Source: an uncultured virus (IMG/VR IMGVR_UViG_3300009132_000003) (lineage: Duplodnaviria; Heunggongvirae; Uroviricota; Caudoviricetes). From it: 64,000 nucleotides of DNA. Shown one piece after another: positions 57,915 to 64,000 of the stretch (the first letter of the stretch is position 1; each line of letters opens with the position of its first letter). The DNA is taken from IMG/VR virus record IMGVR_UViG_3300009132_000003; one strand, written 5' to 3'. Position numbers and translations under genes: made by a program. The notes under the pieces were generated by a model. That model worked only from the letters and a program-made list of their open reading frames with translations, had not been told where the DNA came from and did no database searches.

Positions 57915-59747
57915 TTAGCTAGTTGCTTTATAAACATGAAATGATCCTTTATGACTAAAGGACTGACCAGAGTGTGCAGTAGCCAAATATTCTCCAACTA
58001 TGATGTGGTAGCCGTCCGCTGATATACCAATATCGGTTCCAAAATCTTCTTGGCTACTTGTTGGATCAGGCTGTAAAACTTCTTTCCATTCCCAGTTACC
58101 GCTTGTAGTATTTTTTCTAAAAATGTAAACAGAGCCCATTCGATTAAGATAGCTGGATTGATATGATTGTGCTGATGCTACTATTGTTTTACCATCACCA
58201 TTAATTCCTACTGCTCTACCAAAGTGACGTGAGTTAGACCATTGCCCTTTTTCAGAACTTGACATTTGAGACCATCTGATAACTTGCGTCGGTGTCATTG
58301 ATTGTGCAGATGGAAGGGTTGTTATATCAAAAACATTTACTTCACCATCCGCTGGATCATAATTTCCACCGGCGATCATAGTGTTACCATCTGCGGAAAT
58401 AGCGACATCCATGCCGTTCCAGTTACCGCTTTCCTGATAATATTTAATTTGTGATGTTGTATTAGACCAGTTGGTGGAAGTATCGGGACGAGTTATTAAG
58501 TAAGCTCTAGCCTGTGAACCACTGCTATAATTAGGACAACCAACCACTAATCGTGTGCCGATTTCATCCATTTCCATTGCACCTCTATAGTTAGATTTAG
58601 TGCCTCGTCCTCTTCCTAGATATGAGTTTGTGGAATTTAAACTGCTTATGTCGGCCATATCATATGATTCAGTAAAGCTTGTATTTTTATCTGCTCTTGA
58701 ATGAAATTTTATTCCGCCTCTATTGCTGTAAAAAGTAGGTCTGGCAACCGCTAATACTAATCCGTCACCTGAAATAGCAATAGACATACCGAACTGGTTA
58801 GATCCAGAAATAGTTTGATCTAGCGACCAAGATGTTCCAGATCTTTTATAAATCTTTACTTCATTATTATTTGGATCACCAATAGCCACTGTAATGCCTT
58901 CGTCATCTATAGCCAAATCAGTTCCAAAATGCTGAGATCCACTGGTAAATTCTGCTTGCTTAGACCAGTTACCGTTTCCTGTTGAATCATACCAAATTTG
59001 AACCCATGCAAGAGTCGCCTGGCTATAACCCGTTGAGATTACGGCGTAGGTGCCGTCTTTATTTATTTCAGTCATAGATCCCCATTCTCTATTACTTTGA
59101 TAATAGGGCATATCTTGAAGATTATCAGCAGTTTTATTATATGAATCCCACTCAGGGCTAGGAGCTATAAAGGTAAGAGTAAAACTAGAAACATATGGTA
59201 GAATATTAACACCATCTGTTGCTCTAAAAGTAATTGTACCAGTATGAGGACCAGCTTGACTATCCAACTGTGCTTCAGTTTTTGGAGTAATCGTAAATAC
59301 ACTTGAATCTTGAGTTATTGTTGCCATACTGTCCATTGAACCACCTATAATATGCGAATAAGTTATAGGTATGCCTTCTGGATCAGTTGCTGCAAGACTA
59401 ACAGTAGTAGCAACACCCGAACTAGTGGCATCTAATTCATATGTTGCAAGAGGTGAGGTATCCCATGTTGGTGTCGTATTAATCAAAGCAATATTGTACC
59501 AACCTTGACCATTCCAAATATAAAGCCTATTTGTGCCTTCAATAAAAGCTTGATCACCTTGCGAATTTCCAGCTGCTGGTAAATCATCTACTGATGAATA
59601 TGAAAAATTAGCATCAACCTCATCAGTTCCAGAGTCTATTGCAGAAACCACAGAAGTTGGAACAGTAACAGAAGGAGTGCTAATAACTTCAGATAATATT
59701 GTATTATCTACTAAAGCTTTGGCTAATTGTCTTGCTTTACTTGGCAT
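57915..59747 (-). CDS. Fibre / receptor-binding protein with an FG-GAP-like beta-propeller
   Basis: FG.D.AIS.DG...V.G repeats; ATDPEG Ig-like segment. Confidence 0.7.
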   Translation of the reverse strand: MPSKARQLAKALVDNTILSEVISTPSVTVPTSVVSAIDSGTDEVDANFSYSSVDDLPAAGNSQGDQAFIEGTNRLYIWNGQGWYNIALINTTPTWDTSPLATYELDATSSGVATTVSLAATDPEGIPITYSHIIGGSMDSMATITQDSSVFTITPKTEAQLDSQAGPHTGTITFRATDGVNILPYVSSFTLTFIAPSPEWDSYNKTADNLQDMPYYQSNREWGSMTEINKDGTYAVISTGYSQATLAWVQIWYDSTGNGNWSKQAEFTSGSQHFGTDLAIDDEGITVAIGDPNNNEVKIYKRSGTSWSLDQTISGSNQFGMSIAISGDGLVLAVARPTFYSNRGGIKFHSRADKNTSFTESYDMADISSLNSTNSYLGRGRGTKSNYRGAMEMDEIGTRLVVGCPNYSSGSQARAYLITRPDTSTNWSNTTSQIKYYQESGNWNGMDVAISADGNTMIAGGNYDPADGEVNVFDITTLPSAQSMTPTQVIRWSQMSSSEKGQWSNSRHFGRAVGINGDGKTIVASAQSYQSSYLNRMGSVYIFRKNTTSGNWEWKEVLQPDPTSSQEDFGTDIGISADGYHIIVGEYLATAHSGQSFSHKGSFHVYKATS

Positions 59748-59750
59748 TCG

Positions 59751-60053
59751 TCATTCCTTAATTTTTACTACATTCTGTTTGGTTTTTTTATGAAGTTTAA
59801 TTTTCAAATTATCATATCCTTTTAGTAATCGATGATATTCACCTTCTGGTATTTCAAATCTCATTTTTTCTCTTAAAAGAAACGGCAGAGAATTTTCAAA
59901 TTGTAATTGCCAACCTTGTCCTTCTAAAACTTCAATAACTCGATCTTCTCTATCTCTATGCCAAACATATTCTTCAGCAGGTTGATTAACATCGAAGATT
60001 CTAATATCTCCATCATCTATATAAGGTTTACCAGAAATAATTTCCACCACCAC
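59751..60053 (-). CDS. Cupin-like protein
   Basis: VWHRD.EDR, GW.LQ.EN.LP, IP....HRL.KG. Confidence 0.65.
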   Translation of the reverse strand: MVVEIISGKPYIDDGDIRIFDVNQPAEEYVWHRDREDRVIEVLEGQGWQLQFENSLPFLLREKMRFEIPEGEYHRLLKGYDNLKIKLHKKTKQNVVKIKE

Positions 60054-60390
60054 TCAATCCTAACTGTTTTGCATAACGAGGTAATCTACATGACCAATAA
60101 CCAGCTGTCATTTTATCTGTTTTCATATCGCAATTATGACGACTAGCAAAATTTCTAGCAGCTTCTCTATCATTAATTTTAGAAGTTAAACCGCCTTTTT
60201 CGTCACCAAATTCAATCTTTCTAACGTTACCGGTTTTTCTATCTTTTACATATACTACATATTTCTTTTTACCACTTGAGCGTTTAGGGCTATTTAGCTC
60301 TGGACCATCAGCTGCTTCAAGCATTGGTGTTTCCAAAGGAACTTGTGTGCCCTCATAAAGCCCAAATACAAATGTCTTAAATTTATCCAC
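60028..60390 (-). CDS. Conserved hypothetical protein (possible internal head protein)
   Basis: KKYVVYVK...GNV.KI.FG, F.SRHNC..K.DK..AGYWSC; TATAAATA at 60462-60469. Confidence 0.7.
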   Translation of the reverse strand: MDKFKTFVFGLYEGTQVPLETPMLEAADGPELNSPKRSSGKKKYVVYVKDRKTGNVRKIEFGDEKGGLTSKINDREAARNFASRHNCDMKTDKMTAGYWSCRLPRYAKQLGLSGGGNYFW

Positions 60391-60417
60391 CGAACTCGTG
60401 CCCCGCTACTCTTTTCA

Positions 60418-63400
60418 TTATTGTGCCCTAATCTTCATATTTCCATTTATCAGCGACTTAATATTTATAGTTGATGCATTTGGAAATTCTGCGACGTAAT
60501 CTGTACCACCAATCGCTTCTCTTACTATAGCTTCTGCATCATAATTAATTGTTACACCGTCTGAAATAGGTGAGGAACCTGAAGCTGCATAAGGAGCAAT
60601 CATAAGATCCAATGTGTCTGCACTGTCTTGGCTAAAGTGATATCCGTCAGCCACGGCATCAAGTTGAGCTTTGTTCATACGATTAAATGCTTGAGCTCCT
60701 AGTGCTTGCTGTAGTGTTGCGTGTTCATTATTAGTAGTGCCATTGGCCCATGTCTGATTAGTGTTATAGTTAATAGTTGTTCCACCAGTTGAAAATTCCA
60801 TTATTCTCTGAGCCGGTGATGTTGAGCTATTTTGACTAACTATTGTATACATCTTAGATCCATCGGAGTTAAAGTTAACTGCATTTGGTGACCAATTAAG
60901 GTGTGCTCCGTTCTGATCTACTTGTTTTATGTTTTCTAAGTATGTAATTGTACTACTTATGTCCCAAGCAGTACTTAAACTAAATTTTGCAACACCTTTC
61001 AGAATATCGATGTGCGAATTTGCTGCCACAGGGTTGCCTGTATTAAAGTGAGGCAAAAAGAAATAGGTTCCGTCACTACTGAACCAAATATCATTCCCTG
61101 CAAGTGCCACCCCTTGGTTTGACACACCTTGATCTGACGGAAGGTTTACGGTATAATCAAGACTAGCAGTAGTTACATCCCATGCGGTAGACATGGAAAA
61201 CTGTTTGAGTTCTCTTCCAGTTCCATCATCTATATTATAGAATTTTGTTCCATCTGGTTTAAAGAATATTCCAGATGATGAAGTACTCATATTATACTCA
61301 CCATAGGCCGATTGCGCCGTAGAAATATTCCATGCGGTATTCATGTTTAATTGACGTATGTAGTTATTGCGATCACTTATATATGCTCTAGTTCCATCTG
61401 GTTTAAAGAAAAATCCTCGAGACTGGGTTGATGTACTAAAGGACTTGGATCTTCCATACGAAACTGTGCTTAAATCAAACGCAGTTCCTATATCATACTC
61501 AAAGATAGTATCAGAAGTTTGACCACCGACCCAGACTTTAGTTCCGTCTGGCTTCAAGTGCATATACATATAGCCTTCATTTTGTGAAAGATGAGAAGAC
61601 AGGGTTGTAAAAGATCCGTTCGCTAAGTCATAACCTATAGTCACTGTAGTGCCGGGCGCGTTATTATACTGCCAAGTTCCAGAATTGTTTCTTGCAATCT
61701 TTCTAACACCATCTGAACCTTTAGCCACTCCCCAGCTTGTCCGATTATCGGTAGACACAGCATAGAAAATATCGCCGTCATTTTTAGTTTCATCTGCAGC
61801 CATTGAGTTAATATCCTGCCAAGTAGATGAATTGATTTGACCATTGGATGAATTTGTAAGAGCTGGATAATATTGAGAGTATGGATGTGTATACGAAACA
61901 CCAGTTCCAGATGTGTACTGTTTATATCTAGGATTTGCAGCACTTGAGTTATCACCTAGATATACATAATGTCCACTAGGACTAAAGCTTATTCCCCAAA
62001 CATTTGTAAGCCCACTATTCCATGTAGCACCTGAATCAAGGGTTGCACTTGTAATATCATATGCAGGAGATAGATTATAGGTTTCTGTTGGTCCGGCGCT
62101 GCGTTGTACAAATACTTTTGTTCCATCGCTATTAAATCTCATGCCCATACAATCGGTGGTGGATAACTGTCCAGAAGTTACACTATCATAAGATGCAGTA
62201 CTTATATCAAAACCGGTTGTTAAACCATATTGATAAATATTTCCATTATAATCCATAATGTAAAGTTTTGTTCCATCGGAATTAAAATCCATAGCATTTG
62301 GCTGAGTTGATTGATTTCCAACATATAAAGAAGTCGAAACTAATGTAACACCACTACTAAGATCCCATGCGGAACTAAGATTCCACTGATAAACTCTGTC
62401 CGAACTAGTGCCAACTACCATAAAGCTCGTACCATCCTCTTTAACCCATATACTTCTAGGATTTCCGTTTTGGCTAGTAACGGGATAAGATATCACATTA
62501 CTTATCGTGGAAACATTAAATGGTGTTGATAGAGTAGCATGATATACAGCATCATTACCATTTCTTAGATAAAAACATTTAGTTCCATCAGTGCTAAAAC
62601 CAATTTCTGTTGGATACACAACGCTGCTCCATGTATATTCACCAACGAAAGATGGAGAAGATAAGTTATATACATCACTTGTTGTAAAACCGCTTAATTC
62701 AATACCAGAACCATCAGCCTTACCTTGAGCACCAAACAGTTGCCAAGAAGAAATAGCAGACGTATCAGCGAAGGCAGTGACCGATTTATATGCACCAGCA
62801 GTAGATGTAATAATAGCAGATCCAGAATTACCTACAACTTTCTTACCTACGTCTGTAGATGAAAATGCTGTGATAGACCCAGAAATCCATTCAGTTACAT
62901 TATTTGCTGATCTTGTCAAATATAATCTGGTACCACTACTACCAAAGAAAACATGACCATTAGCATATCCAGATTGACTTCCATCACTTACCCAATCCCA
63001 TAAAACGCTATCATAAGTAGCAGTAGTAATGTCATAAGCAGTAGACAGAGAATATTGTCTTAATTCATAATCTGAATTTACTGTTCGACCCATAATAAAC
63101 ATTTTAGTTCCATCGGAATTTAAACTAACTCCATAAGGAATATTAAAAACGGAACTAATATCAAAATTAGAAACATTACTTGCTGTACTAATATCCCAAG
63201 CAGTTGTTAAATCCCAACGATATACTCTATCATTACTTGAACCAGTACAGAAAAAACTAGTTCCATCAGATTTCCAATGCATAATACTAGAACCTGGATC
63301 AACACCTGAAAAGCTTACACTTTTATTACTATAACTTGCAGTAGTTACATCCCAAGCAGTACTTAATGTATATTGATAATATCTATCGTTCATCATACCA

Positions 63401-64000
63401 CCCACATACATTATAGTGCCAACAGAATTAAAAGCTGGTCCTCTAATATTTGTATCTTGAGATCCAACAGCAAAATTTCCAGTTGTACTTCCTACAGTTG
63501 AAAGATCCCAAGCAGTAGTTAAAGGATATTGTATAATAGTATCAGCCTGATTATCATGTATGTACATAACAGTTCCATCAGATTTAAACCACGTACCATT
63601 GGCTGTAACACTGACAGTAGATATGTCAAAGGTATTATTTAGAGATAGAGATGAAATATCATATGTTGATGATGTAGCAGTTGAACTTGTGAAAGTACCA
63701 TCACCTGTCGCACTAGGTGTTAATGTTGTACTTGAATAAGAAATTGGTTTTTCATCAAAGAACTCGTAATTAGTGGCATTAGCATTAACATCCCAGTTAC
63801 CTTTACTGCTTACTCCAGGTTGAGGTACTTCTTTAAACACGGACACAAGAGGGCTAACTGAACTAATACTGTCAGTCAAATTAAAATCTATAGTTTGATT
63901 AGAATCAAACGATTGAGTAAGAGTATTATTAGATGTAATATTTTTAGCACTAACACTAATAACGCCATCATTACTAATGGTTGCTGTTTTAGTTTCTACA
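60418..64000 (-). CDS. Large fibre protein with three beta-propeller modules (5' end beyond the window)
   Basis: Frame stays open from 63879 to the window edge (VETKTATISNDG...); F..DGT and Y.L.TAWD.ST repeats. Confidence 0.75.
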   Translation of the reverse strand, partial: VETKTATISNDGVISVSAKNITSNNTLTQSFDSNQTIDFNLTDSISSVSPLVSVFKEVPQPGVSSKGNWDVNANATNYEFFDEKPISYSSTTLTPSATGDGTFTSSTATSSTYDISSLSLNNTFDISTVSVTANGTWFKSDGTVMYIHDNQADTIIQYPLTTAWDLSTVGSTTGNFAVGSQDTNIRGPAFNSVGTIMYVGGMMNDRYYQYTLSTAWDVTTASYSNKSVSFSGVDPGSSIMHWKSDGTSFFCTGSSNDRVYRWDLTTAWDISTASNVSNFDISSVFNIPYGVSLNSDGTKMFIMGRTVNSDYELRQYSLSTAYDITTATYDSVLWDWVSDGSQSGYANGHVFFGSSGTRLYLTRSANNVTEWISGSITAFSSTDVGKKVVGNSGSAIITSTAGAYKSVTAFADTSAISSWQLFGAQGKADGSGIELSGFTTSDVYNLSSPSFVGEYTWSSVVYPTEIGFSTDGTKCFYLRNGNDAVYHATLSTPFNVSTISNVISYPVTSQNGNPRSIWVKEDGTSFMVVGTSSDRVYQWNLSSAWDLSSGVTLVSTSLYVGNQSTQPNAMDFNSDGTKLYIMDYNGNIYQYGLTTGFDISTASYDSVTSGQLSTTDCMGMRFNSDGTKVFVQRSAGPTETYNLSPAYDITSATLDSGATWNSGLTNVWGISFSPSGHYVYLGDNSSAANPRYKQYTSGTGVSYTHPYSQYYPALTNSSNGQINSSTWQDINSMAADETKNDGDIFYAVSTDNRTSWGVAKGSDGVRKIARNNSGTWQYNNAPGTTVTIGYDLANGSFTTLSSHLSQNEGYMYMHLKPDGTKVWVGGQTSDTIFEYDIGTAFDLSTVSYGRSKSFSTSTQSRGFFFKPDGTRAYISDRNNYIRQLNMNTAWNISTAQSAYGEYNMSTSSSGIFFKPDGTKFYNIDDGTGRELKQFSMSTAWDVTTASLDYTVNLPSDQGVSNQGVALAGNDIWFSSDGTYFFLPHFNTGNPVAANSHIDILKGVAKFSLSTAWDISSTITYLENIKQVDQNGAHLNWSPNAVNFNSDGSKMYTIVSQNSSTSPAQRIMEFSTGGTTINYNTNQTWANGTTNNEHATLQQALGAQAFNRMNKAQLDAVADGYHFSQDSADTLDLMIAPYAASGSSPISDGVTINYDAEAIVREAIGGTDYVAEFPNASTINIKSLINGNMKIRAQ

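Noticed and set aside
60382..60417. 11-codon mini-ORF MKRVAGHEFGG coupled by TAATG to the fibre stop
   Set aside because: Too short to support; may be a gene remnant or chance
45649..64000. Diversity-generating retroelement acting on fibre genes
   Set aside because: No RT and no nucleotide-level TR/VR pair seen; propeller similarity is at protein level only
1..64000. Stop-codon reassignment
   Set aside because: Core genes are full length under code 11, and TAA, TAG and TGA all end genes

Overview
This 64 kb window is AT-rich DNA from a T4-like (Tevenvirinae-type) myophage that resembles marine T4-likes. The host is Gram-negative (spanins present) and possibly an alphaproteobacterium (inference). 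Layout: 1-25.6 kb is a tail/baseplate module (fibres, VrlC-like, gp8/7/6/25, a gp5 split over three genes, gp27-like, gp53, gp48, gp4, gp2, gp54, gp26, gp51, tape measure). 25.6-44.8 kb holds replication, nucleotide-metabolism and early accessory genes (gp32, gp33, exonuclease, MazG-like, GH19 endolysin, glutaredoxin, PhoH, pyrimidine-dimer glycosylase, RNase H, SNase, GIY-YIG, nrdA/nrdB) with sigma70-type early promoters. 45-64 kb holds late genes (fibre/receptor-binding proteins, spanins, putative internal head proteins) under TATAAATA promoters. The most striking unexplained element is a ~160-nt multi-branched RNA (33371-33529, minus strand). Its 21-bp closing stem hides the Shine-Dalgarno of a MazG-like gene, and it has a competing anti-anti-SD hairpin, so it is a riboswitch-like candidate. 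Also notable: repeated promoter-RBS cassettes carrying GANTC sites, an antisense promoter facing an EF-hand membrane gene, a capsid-targeted restriction-like nuclease, and nested or split fibre genes rich in Asp-Ser. No tRNA, CRISPR array, integrase or reverse transcriptase was seen. All calls come from reading motifs by eye; no searches were run.
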